Shown one piece after another: positions 26,313 to 35,962 of a stretch of 64,000 bases of DNA. The DNA comes from Nemertoderma westbladi (taxonomy: Eukaryota > Animalia > Xenacoelomorpha). The stretch spans positions 1-64,000 of the forward strand of contig JAUCBJ010008532.1 in the NCBI GenBank assembly GCA_032718475.1, written 5' to 3'. Both the position numbers and the translations under genes were made by a program. The notes below the pieces were generated by a model that saw nothing but the letters and a program-made list of their open reading frames with translations, searched no databases and was not told the origin of the DNA. Numbering within the stretch: position 1 is the stretch's first letter; each line of letters begins with the position of its first letter.

Positions 26313-29300
26313 ATGGCTGACACAAGGCAAACTCTGTCAGATAGTCTCCTAGAAACAACAGACTGTTTCTCAGATCAAAGTGTAGAGAATCCCAGACCGA
26401 GGTCTGAAACCCCTCATACTGTAAGAAGGGCAACCCCTGCAGTGGTTGTATCAGAACCTAGGTTGGTAGAAGCGATTTCGCATTTTGCGAAGTTAGTGAA
26501 GCGCCGTTGGTCTGCCATAGGCACTCGGGCCCAAGTCAAGCGGGATCAAGAAGAAGCTATAAAACAGCAGCAACCTCCTAGCCAAGAACCTAGTTCTCAG
26601 CGGCCCGATAGCTCCAGTAGTTCGGATACTGTTGAGCGGACGCCCGAACGCGGAGCGAAGATGGCGGATATGGTTTATGATGAGCGGCCAACCTATGAAG
26701 AATCAACCGACGCCACTTCTTCTCAAGTGGAAAGCGAGGTGGAAAGCGAAGTGGAAAGCGAATTAACAGCAGCAGAGAAGCCGCGAACTAGAGACGCCAT
26801 TGACATATATCTGTCAGACTATCAGCGATTCATAGGAGACGAAGAGTTGAGGAGACGACTGTCTGGACTTCGCCCTAATAGTGAAGGAACCAAGCTTGTG
26901 TTGGACGCAATCGATGCGGAAATGTTAGCTGCAGAACAAGCTAAACGTGATGAAAAACTCCGCCTCGTTAGAGTCCAAGAAGAACAAATAAAGAAAAGAA
27001 GGATAGAGGAACAAAAGGCGGCGGCTATGGCGGCGGCTATGGCAGATGCAGAAGCAGAAAGAAAAGCAGCAACGGCGGTGGCTATGGCAGATGCAGAAGC
27101 AGAAAGAAAAGCAGCAACGGCGGTGGCTATGGCAGATGCAGAAGCAGAAAGAAAAGCAGCAAAGGCGGTAGCAAAGGCAGTGGCAGAAGCAGAAAGGAGA
27201 GCATCTGAGCAGACTACCCAACTGGAGTTGGAGAATCTGCAAGAGACACAAGACAGTATAAATAAACAGTTTACTGCTAATCAAATGCAGATGATGAGAA
27301 AATCTACTCCCAAGCGCCAGGGATACACATCCTCGGAGGAAGGCGATACTACCGATCCTGAAGGCGGAGGAAATAGATCTCATCTAAGTAGGCGTAGAAA
27401 AACATATTACCGTCGCAAATTGCCTGATTTGCCCCCAGCTGTTAAAAGACAGCTAACTAGCACAGATTTAGGTAGTGCAGAACCCATAGAACAATTTATC
27501 CAGGTCAAAAGACTCCCTACTATAGTCGATGAACCTGAAATAATTAGGCCTGTAGTTCCCAAAGTCACTTCTGTGCTAGAGACCCCTACACTTCCAGAGC
27601 TTAACTCTAAATTCCCTTTACATAGCACTACACTGCCTGTACCCGGTGGAACAGTCCATGCAAATACCCCTGTCCAGATAGCAGAGAGAGAAATCAATAA
27701 TTTGTCTCCCGTCGTCCCGCGTCAGCCCGCTACTATGTTGGCGACTCCCGCTTCGGCGGTTGAGTGGGTGGAAGAGGGACGGCGGGGGATGAATCTCCTG
27801 CTGGGACAGATGCAGGAGACTGTCCACCAACTTAAGGGAACAGTGAGGGAAGGTAGAGCAGAGTTGCAAGAAGTGCAGCAAAGTATCGCGCTAGAACGCG
27901 ACAAATTAGTCAATATACAAAAAGGCATACCAATACCTCCTGTAACATTGTGTCAACCTGTTAGGTCTGAAGTACTACATGCGCAAGGTGTGGAGCCTAC
28001 ACGCATCTATACTGCTAGTGAAGTTGAAACTCCTATAGCAAACCCTATTAAGGGTGATTATAGACCTGTTATTAATGATATTCCCTATAGACCTGATAAT
28101 GATCCGAGAAATTTATATACCGATAATTCGATATTAAATAACACGATGGTCCAAGAAAGCTTTACGCGTCAGATGGCTAGAACAGAAGCCCGCCAAGCGG
28201 TCAAAGTGGGAGAGATCGTCAAATTCAATGGAGATGAGATGAAATGGTTACCTTTCAATGAATATTACAAAGATAGCATACAGAACTCTGTACTATCTAA
28301 CGGAGAGAAACTTAGATTCCTCATCAAGTGCTTGGAAGGACCTCCCAAGTTAATGGCGTTAAAGTTTATTGGACATCCAGATGGATTAAGACAAGTTTGG
28401 GATACACTAAACATCAGGTATGGTAACAAGGATAACATAGCTAAGTATTTGTATGCAAAATTAGTAGCCCCCCGACACTTCCTTAGTAGCGAGATTATAG
28501 AGTTTTCCGATGAAATTCAAGAGATCTGTAGACAACTGGACTGGTTAGGTAAGTCGCATGAATATCAGAGTTCCATGGTTATTGGAGCCGTAGTCTCTAC
28601 TTTACCAAAGGGTGGAGTATGTACACGCTGGGACAAGAAAGTGTTGTACATGAATGAACAACAACGACGAAGTCCTACCATGGCTGATCTCATGTCTTTC
28701 TTAGATAGTGAAGTAAAATTACAACTCATAAGGCAGTCCAGAGAGAAAACATCGGAAAATAAGGTAAGTGAGAAACCCGTTTCTAGGAGAAGGATAATAC
28801 CAGTGTGTTATACTGACGACGGCGAAAGCCAAGCTTCTCAAGAAGAGGACAGCGGGAAAGACACAGCAAAATCTTACTATGACAACAAGACCTATAAAGA
28901 CGTAAGTAAATACAAGTCTCGAACCAGTGACAGGAGAGAACAGGTAACAACAACTCCTCCTACGTCTCCTAAGAGAATTCACGGAAGAAAGCCCGAAGAA
29001 AGAACGAGAGTGCAGAACGTTAACCAAGTTAAGGTGAGTAACATCAAACCAAAATGTGCGCTGTGCGACGGGCCCCACCGTTTGAGTGCGTGTGCTGAAT
29101 TTCTAAAGAAATCCCCTGTAGACAGACGTACAGTCCTGTGGAATAAGCGGCTATGCTATAATTGCCTCAGATCAGGACACCAACGGCGAACCTGTTACTC
29201 CGACGTAAAGTGTGCAAAGTGTGGCGCGAAACATCACATCTTGTTACACAGTGAGTTCGAACGAGACAACCCGAGTCAGGTAAGTGAGCCCGAACTACAT

Positions 29301-30482
29301 GTCCAATTCAGTGATGTGAACGACACTGACCAAGGTTCTGAGTGGGAAGGATTCTATACAGACGAATTCTCCGATGCCAACGAATCCTGTTATCTAATAA
29401 ATACCACAGTGTATCGAGCACTTACGGATGAAAAGGACACTGACGAGTTTACTCCAACTCCTTTTGACAAACAACCATCTTGGAAAGTTCCAACTTCCAA
29501 CATAGGAATAAGAGAATTTCCTGTAGTGCAAGTTCGAGTTCATGGTCCCAACAAGAGTTACATAGTGAACGCCCTACTTGACTCCGGCAGCACAGGAACA
29601 TTCATCGATCAAGAACTAGCCGAAGATATCTTTGCTGGACAACCCAAGTTCCGGACTAAATTGAATATGTCAGGAATTATGCAGGTTTGGAAATCTACCC
29701 TAACGGCAGATTACTATGTAGGTGTGTTGTCCACCCCCCAGGATAAGTTAGGAACACAAGGTATAAGGTCAGTAAAAATGGTGGCTATAAAGAACTTTGC
29801 TACTACTCAAGCAGAACCTTATAACTGGGACGAGGACGAGTGCATCCAACATCTTGAGATACCTCGATTCCAAACCGATTATCCTGGAGTGCAAATACTC
29901 ATCGGCCAAAACGCGCATGAGGCGCTCGAGCCATTAGAGAAACGGCCTGCTCAACCACAGCCACTACAAACCTATGCGGTAAGAACTAGAGTAGGTTGGT
30001 ACTTCACTGGCCCTTCCCGTAGAACTCTCAAAGAGAGATTACCTCAACAACAGGTATACCAAGTAAAGGGGGAAGTGGAGAGCAGTGATGTGGACGACCC
30101 AACTGAGGGAACACCATACTCCTCAGATAATGACGATATTAACTCCAATGTAGATCAATGGAGACATTGCCTTGGGACGATTAATCCAGCCGACATCGCT
30201 TCCAGAGGAGCAACTCCTCAAGAACTGATAGATACTCCAGGCTGGTTAGGTGGATCCGACTTCTTAAGTAAAGAAGAAGAAGAATGGCCTCCTCATCTTA
30301 CCACGGCGGAGAGTAGACAGGCCAAGGGAGCGGAGAAACTAACACAACCACTCAATCGCCCAGCTAGTCGTTTATGTTTACTGGAAAGAGACCGAAAACT
30401 GTCCGGAAACTATGGAAGGCAAGATACTCTTCCTACGACCACTTCCCTAATCCGACAAATATCTAGGGACTCCATAACGTAA
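26313..30482 (+). CDS. BEL/Pao Gag-protease polyprotein (1389 aa) with only RNase H-end and integrase-end stubs
   Basis: DUF1759-like FNGDEMKWLPF...EKLRFL..CLEG..WDTLNIRYG. Three knuckles: CALCDGPHRLSAC, CYNCLRSGHQRRTC, CAKCGAKHHILLH. Protease ALLDSGS...ILIGQN...RTRVGWYFTGP. Then WRHCLGTINPADIASRG...WLGGSDFL...WP and RPASRLCLLE. No YxDD or DDE. Confidence 0.93.
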   Translation: MADTRQTLSDSLLETTDCFSDQSVENPRPRSETPHTVRRATPAVVVSEPRLVEAISHFAKLVKRRWSAIGTRAQVKRDQEEAIKQQQPPSQEPSSQRPDSSSSSDTVERTPERGAKMADMVYDERPTYEESTDATSSQVESEVESEVESELTAAEKPRTRDAIDIYLSDYQRFIGDEELRRRLSGLRPNSEGTKLVLDAIDAEMLAAEQAKRDEKLRLVRVQEEQIKKRRIEEQKAAAMAAAMADAEAERKAATAVAMADAEAERKAATAVAMADAEAERKAAKAVAKAVAEAERRASEQTTQLELENLQETQDSINKQFTANQMQMMRKSTPKRQGYTSSEEGDTTDPEGGGNRSHLSRRRKTYYRRKLPDLPPAVKRQLTSTDLGSAEPIEQFIQVKRLPTIVDEPEIIRPVVPKVTSVLETPTLPELNSKFPLHSTTLPVPGGTVHANTPVQIAEREINNLSPVVPRQPATMLATPASAVEWVEEGRRGMNLLLGQMQETVHQLKGTVREGRAELQEVQQSIALERDKLVNIQKGIPIPPVTLCQPVRSEVLHAQGVEPTRIYTASEVETPIANPIKGDYRPVINDIPYRPDNDPRNLYTDNSILNNTMVQESFTRQMARTEARQAVKVGEIVKFNGDEMKWLPFNEYYKDSIQNSVLSNGEKLRFLIKCLEGPPKLMALKFIGHPDGLRQVWDTLNIRYGNKDNIAKYLYAKLVAPRHFLSSEIIEFSDEIQEICRQLDWLGKSHEYQSSMVIGAVVSTLPKGGVCTRWDKKVLYMNEQQRRSPTMADLMSFLDSEVKLQLIRQSREKTSENKVSEKPVSRRRIIPVCYTDDGESQASQEEDSGKDTAKSYYDNKTYKDVSKYKSRTSDRREQVTTTPPTSPKRIHGRKPEERTRVQNVNQVKVSNIKPKCALCDGPHRLSACAEFLKKSPVDRRTVLWNKRLCYNCLRSGHQRRTCYSDVKCAKCGAKHHILLHSEFERDNPSQVSEPELHVQFSDVNDTDQGSEWEGFYTDEFSDANESCYLINTTVYRALTDEKDTDEFTPTPFDKQPSWKVPTSNIGIREFPVVQVRVHGPNKSYIVNALLDSGSTGTFIDQELAEDIFAGQPKFRTKLNMSGIMQVWKSTLTADYYVGVLSTPQDKLGTQGIRSVKMVAIKNFATTQAEPYNWDEDECIQHLEIPRFQTDYPGVQILIGQNAHEALEPLEKRPAQPQPLQTYAVRTRVGWYFTGPSRRTLKERLPQQQVYQVKGEVESSDVDDPTEGTPYSSDNDDINSNVDQWRHCLGTINPADIASRGATPQELIDTPGWLGGSDFLSKEEEEWPPHLTTAESRQAKGAEKLTQPLNRPASRLCLLERDRKLSGNYGRQDTLPTTTSLIRQISRDSIT
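27020..27195 (+). repeat. 45-bp coding tandem repeat in Gag (AMADAEAERKAATAV, ~3.5 copies)
   Basis: Direct repeats of GCTATGGCAGATGCAGAAGCAGAAAGAAAAGCAGCAACGGCGGTG, coiled-coil-like. Confidence 0.9.
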
Positions 30483-32104
30483 TAACATATGGAGTGGGCG
30501 TGTGACTATATCATTTTATATTTGTTTTTATTTTATATTTATGTATGTATTATTATGTAATTTTATTATAATCGTTTTCTTTAATTTTATTTAGTAGAAT
30601 GTTATTTTAGAATATTTAGTAAATTAGTGCAATATATTAGTGTTTATTACGTATTTAATTACTTATAATATATATTTAGTGCGACGGCAAGAAGTAATTA
30701 TTTTCTCTTTACTTACTGTCCTTATTATATTATAAATGCGAGACTATAGTAAGATGACATGTCAGTACTTCTTAAAGTACAATAAAGCCACTACTATATT
30801 TAAGTATTATTGGTAGGCAGAGTATTAGGAATGCAAAGTTCAGATCCTCGTGTCTCGGCTAAACCAAGCTCTGGGTAGACCTTGGAAATGACTTGCCTCT
30901 TCACACTGACATTGCTTCGTGCGATATTGCTCTTCTACCTTATTTCAAATAATACATATAGTAGCGTGATGTCCCTCTAACAGTAGCGTAAAACGCAAAT
31001 AAATCTGTTAAACCTTTTGACCATCTGTAATTCTAGTCGATTAAGATATCGCGGCACCCACCGATATACTTGAAAGACAAATTCTAGAATCAGTGGTTAA
31101 CGTCCCCAGACAAGTTCTGGAATAAATCGGTGCCCATCCTAAATATTAATTTAATATTTATTAAAATCTGTAAAATCCCGATCCTTTAAAATTTCTAGTC
31201 AATTAAGATATCGCAGTATTTACCGATATTCTTAGAAGTACTATTTTATAGAATTAAGGATCCTAAGTCCCCAGATATGCTCTGGAATAAAATTTGTGTC
31301 AATTTAACATCAAATAATAAAATTCACGGGAATAAATTTAAATTCATATTCAAATGAATTTCATAAATTGTCATTTTGTGCAATTGATAACATTCCCAAA
31401 ATTCCAGTAATTAATAGATCATGGGAGCGGAGATTCATATTGAGTGTACTAGAGTGCGAGAATCTCCAACATATAGTCAATAGCCGATAAAATTTATAAA
31501 ATCATGCATAAAGAGGATATTGACAACTAAAGAATTACTATTAAATAACATCCCAGATCTGTATGCATGAGAATTACCCTAATTCTACCGCTAGTTTTCC
31601 ATAATGTCACCATGGCAACACCCACGCTAGAATTAGAAGCAAGTTAAAGGAACAATAAAAAGCTTAACCCATTGCGTAGCATAAGAGTATACATAACGCA
31701 CTATTAGTATCCAAGGATACATAGTAATAACGTGACATTCTGGAAGACACTGACTAACGGACAAATGGCATGCATGTGTGCAGTAAGCAATGATTGTATG
31801 GAATTTGTGCGTTTATAGGTGAATGTTACTACTAAAGTGTGTTTACAGTAGCTAATCGCAATTGTAAAGTAGCCCTAACTCTACCGAGATAACCTCAAGT
31901 GGATTCAAGCTTTTGGGACGGACAGTGGTGGGACTTGTGCCGGTTATCGTTGTCGTGCTGTTGCTACATGTTGGCGTAAACACCGCGACAACGGTACATC
32001 GGCGCTGAGAAACCCACTGTCCGGGGGCAAAGCCTAGTAGGCAGCGATGCCCGCTTGCCTAAAATATTAACTCATATTGATATTAATAAACTCAGATAGC
32101 AGAT

Positions 32105-33394
32105 ATGACGGAATTGATAGAAGATGACCTTGGTATCAGGGAGCGATATACTCTACCTTTACAAGCGTTTGTGGATAGCTTGATACGCGGTGAAGCCGAT
32201 CCGACTATTACGGAGGACGATGGTCGTTATATCGAACCGCCGATGTCCCAGGAACAACTTACGCGTGAATTGGACTATAGAAAATTCACCGCTCGCTATA
32301 CGAATCGTAATGGTACGTATATGGACTTCTTAACTACCGGCCATCCTATCGATTTACATGATACGGACGATGTAGACACCCTAAAGGGAAATGGTTCTAT
32401 TTAAATATCATACCCAGCGGAGTCGTAACGATAAACCGAGAATAGATCACGAAAATTCTATTCGTAACAAACTGGGAAGACGAACCAATATGCCTAGAAT
32501 CTGAGGAGATTCAGCCTATCGCGCTCGGAACAGCGACAACGATTACATCCTAGAATGGTATCAAGGTCCACAGTGTCTCACTGCGTACGATTATCGCCAT
32601 GCCAACTATGTTTCTCGGCAACGTTGTCAGTTATGCGCATCGAGAGACCATGTTACGCCCATGGACACAAACGTCCGCTGTTCCTATTTCCACGAACAAC
32701 CGGCGATGGAAATTTATTGAGCGTATTGCAGATTTAATAATTTGCATATTTTTGCGGTTTGCCCTCAATTTATGACTCAATGTCACCACTGTCCACTAAA
32801 GGGACACGCCAGTTTCGATTGCCCTTTTAATCGCGATTTGGAAAGCGTAGATGAAATGATAACACTACGTTACATTAGAGCTTGGGAAGCGAACGCTGAT
32901 TTACATCGTGATTCGCGCCATCGCTATTATCCTGGACGCGCTTACGAAGGAATTTATGCGTTCCATCCTTATCTATTCGCTTCTGTCGAACAGAAATCAC
33001 GCATATCGAGTTACAGGAAGTATATCGACGGCCTTACGAGTACCGAGCCCGCGAACGCGAGTTGGAAAGAACCATTAAACCAAGGAAGTTTCTAACTGCC
33101 TATGGTCCACCCACGGCCCTCATTCAGACCACTCGTAAAGGACCCGTAAGAGCGGCTGTCTTGAAACGAGCTCTCAAAGCCGTTAGACCCCTCTCCCCCG
33201 ACGTTGATGTCAATCAACTCGGCACTTCGACTGGCGGATACACCGACCATAATCCTATACCCTCTGATGCAATCATGTTGCACCCTTCACCCAGGAGTTA
33301 TAGCCCTCCTTGTAAAGTGGCTCGCCCCAAAGAGAAAAAGACTCTGGCTAGCTTTAAAAAACTGCGTAAACGCCGTCCGCGCATGAAAGACTAA
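32105..33394 (+). pseudogene. Accessory ORF2 of the BEL element (~430 codons, zinc knuckles, basic tail), disrupted
   Basis: Can be stitched across a frameshift at ~32386, TGA at 32502, TGA at ~32718 and a frameshift at ~33090. Reads CQLCASRDH...C, [C]AYCRFNNLHIFAVC, CHHCPLKGHASFDC and ends KKLRKRRPRMKD. Confidence 0.7.
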
Positions 33395-33472
33395 CTGTTT
33401 AGAGTATTTTCGTATTTGAGAAACTGTGATTTTGTATACTTTATAGACTTAAATCCCATTTTCTGGGAGCGG

Positions 33473-34667
33473 TGTAAAAGCTTTTGTGGGATAACTGATA
33501 CGTTTGCCTTTGCTGGCCAGTTCCCCCCCGGTCGCTAGAATACTCTCAAAGGGATTTATAACTAAAATAGTGCAAGCTACCAGCTTATTGGCTGATGTGC
33601 TGTACGGAGATATCTGGGCTCAGTTTAATCGGCCAACTAGTTTAGGGAGGTTGCCTATACCCTGCTGCCCGTGTCGGCCAATAGAATTTGCGTAGGCGTT
33701 GATTTCGACCTATCCCAGCGCTACTGAACTGAATTTCCTATCTCACTGCTCATCCTCTGTGTTGAACGGGGCTTCGTGGAATAAGAGTTTTGGTATACTC
33801 GTATAGTAGTAGTAGTCATATGATTTTATATGATTCTGTTGTTATGTTCCCATTTTTCGCCATAACACCGGCTTTTTGGGAAGAACTCTAGTAAACTGCT
33901 TAGATTATAGAAAGTATAACTGTTACCGGCGGTGTTACCTCACTTAATTTAACTGCACTAATCATATTGTTTGTACTGCTATTTACCGTCAGTTATTAAT
34001 TGTATCTATTTGTTGATGGAAATATTGCTCTTTGGAGAATACGGATAAATCACCCAAAATTCCCAATTTTCTTGATACACTACAGGTTAGAGAGGCGGGC
34101 TATATATAACAATTGCGATTTATATCAATGTGGTGTGTATTGAATCTAATGTTATTTAGTTGACACTACCTGAGTCAATTGCTGTTCTCTTTATGTGTGA
34201 TCAAATATACTGACGGTCGGCAGAATAGTGTGCATGATTGTGAGTGTGATGTGACTGGTAACAAAGCATTTCCTAAAGAATGCGACTTATACTTTAATCA
34301 TAAGCCTTATCGTTGCGTTTAGTATAAGTCCTAGCTCTGTTTAAATAGATAGAGCGCCACGTCCTAAAGGAACTGTTAATATTTCCCGAAAGTTAATAAT
34401 ATCTGTCAGAAATTACATATTAGCGATCAATCGAATAATACAGTAGGCTTACACTGCAACCTTACACTGCAATAATAAAATCTAAGCATCCGAATTCAGC
34501 CTCCCGGGTGTAGATCCATCGGGTGAATGATCGCGCATGGGCTGGCTTCGGCTAATGTTTTGTTTATTAGCATAAAATATTGTCGTATGCTAAAGGTGTG
34601 TTAATTAACTAAAAGACATATAAATTTTGGCAGGTTAAACTGCTAAAGGTCTTCAAAAGCGCGAACA
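33473..34667 (+). repeat. 3' LTR (~1.2 kb) preceded by PPT-like GGGAGCGG (33465-33472)
   Basis: TGT...ACA ends. CCAAT box at ~33678 and AT-rich TATA-like motifs downstream. Colinear with 12046-13262. An alternative start at TGTT 33837 cannot be excluded. Confidence 0.8.
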
Positions 34668-35311
34668 GAATCACTGATACAACTTTGTATCGATATTCGC
34701 TCGGAAATGTTGTCTTTGTAGACGTTAAGTTCATCGTAGCAGACACATTCACTATCCTCGATGGTTGAAACGAACCATTTCAATTCGCCGACCTCGCTTG
34801 GTGTAAGAAGAATCATGCCCCTAGAAGAAACAATAGCCTTTCCATCGTCAACCCTGTAGCCATTGGTGATCGCTAAATTGCGCTCGTTCCGAATATTTGT
34901 AACAAACCCAAAAGTGCAATAGTCAAAAGCAACCCAATTGCCCGGTTTTAGGACAAGGTGAGTAGTAGGATTAATAAAAGGGCGACAGATGTTTACATAT
35001 TGTTGATATAAATTGGCGCAGGCGACGGAAAAGGTGATCCATGAACTGTTTACAGTGTCTTCCAGCTTTATTAACTCGAGTGGATTCACTGGGTTAATAC
35101 TTCCATGGGTGCCAACTCTATAATTGAATCCAAAGTAATAGGAGACTTTATTGGCGTAAAGGCATGTGAGCTCATTCAATTTCTCGCCGAAAGCGAGAAC
35201 ATCAATGTCGAAAAGTTTAAAGAAACGAGTCTCCTCTTCCTCGGTTCAGAAGAATCGAGTTTGCGATACTATGAAAATCGAATAAGCGGTCATCGGAGAA
35301 GAAGGCTATAG
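34668..35311 (-). pseudogene. Orphan intronless ORF fragment with PC4-like segments, truncated by the LTR
   Basis: Open for ~200 codons. VTNIRNE...DDGKAIVSSRGMILLTPSEVGELKWFVSTIED resembles PC4 (IDIRE...[21 protein letters not shown]). Weak similarity, judged by eye. Confidence 0.4.
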
Positions 35312-35559
35312 GGGCTGTTGCGCTGTCAGTCAGAGGTAACAGCCCGCGAGGTAAGGATTTACCTCTGGGGCCCCAACTATCAGATAGTCTGATACCAACT
35401 GTCAGACAGTGTCTTTCAACTATCAGATAGATGATCGCCTGTTGCTGTGTTGCCCTCAGTCACTCAGTTGTATTTTTTAAAACCACCTCGTATTGTTGAC
35501 GGAATCAGTTACGACCGAAATTGCTGATCGTTAAACCCGGATTGATGGCGGCAAAGTGG

Positions 35560-35962
35560 GAGTGTATTAAACCCGGGGCCGGGACGATGACGACTGACTC
35601 TAGGTTTATCCCGGAACGATGACGACGATGTCTATTAAACCGGGAACAATGACGACGGAGTCAATTAAACCCGGGACGATGACGACAATGTCTATTAAAC
35701 CCGGAACGATGACAACAGACTCTATTAAACCCGGAACGATGGCGGTGGAGTGGGAGTATTAAACCCAGGGCCGGCACGATGACGACGGAGTCAATTAAAC
35801 CCGGGACGATGACGACGATGTCTATTAAACCCGGAACGATGATGACAGACTCTATTAAACCCGGGACGATGGCGGCGGAGTGGGAGTATTAAACCCGGGG
35901 CCGGCACGATGACGACGGAGTCAATTAAACCCGGGATGATGACGACGATGTCTATTAAACCA
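35560..35962 (+). repeat. ~30-bp minisatellite with higher-order structure
   Basis: Units TATTAAACCCGGRACGATGACGACGRWGTC repeated about 12 times. Confidence 0.9.

Larger units (their letters stand above)
24336..34667 (+). mobile_element. BEL/Pao LTR retrotransposon, non-autonomous, ~10.3 kb
   Basis: LTR-derived direct repeats at 24336-25176 and 33473-34667, with a gag-protease ORF inside. No TSD (TCAAA left, GAATC right). Confidence 0.92.

Noticed and set aside
26925-29078. Cys/Phe-rich antisense ORFs within gag
   Set aside because: Shadow frames of the repetitive gag coding strand.
32105-33394. env gene
   Set aside because: No signal peptide, fusion peptide or transmembrane anchor is evident; it has zinc knuckles and a basic tail instead.
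33831-34673. 10-bp inverted repeat TGATTCTGTT / AACAGAATCA around part of the 3' LTR
   Set aside because: Six of the bases lie in flanking DNA and are absent after the other LTR copies; most likely chance.
35312-35373. Hammerhead or HDV ribozyme
   Set aside because: No CUGANGA/GAAA core and no HDV P1.1 or P2 pairing in either orientation.
35560-35962. CRISPR-like regular repeats (also 47590-47876 and 48776-50810)
   Set aside because: Units are contiguous with no unique spacers, there are no cas genes, and the context is eukaryotic.
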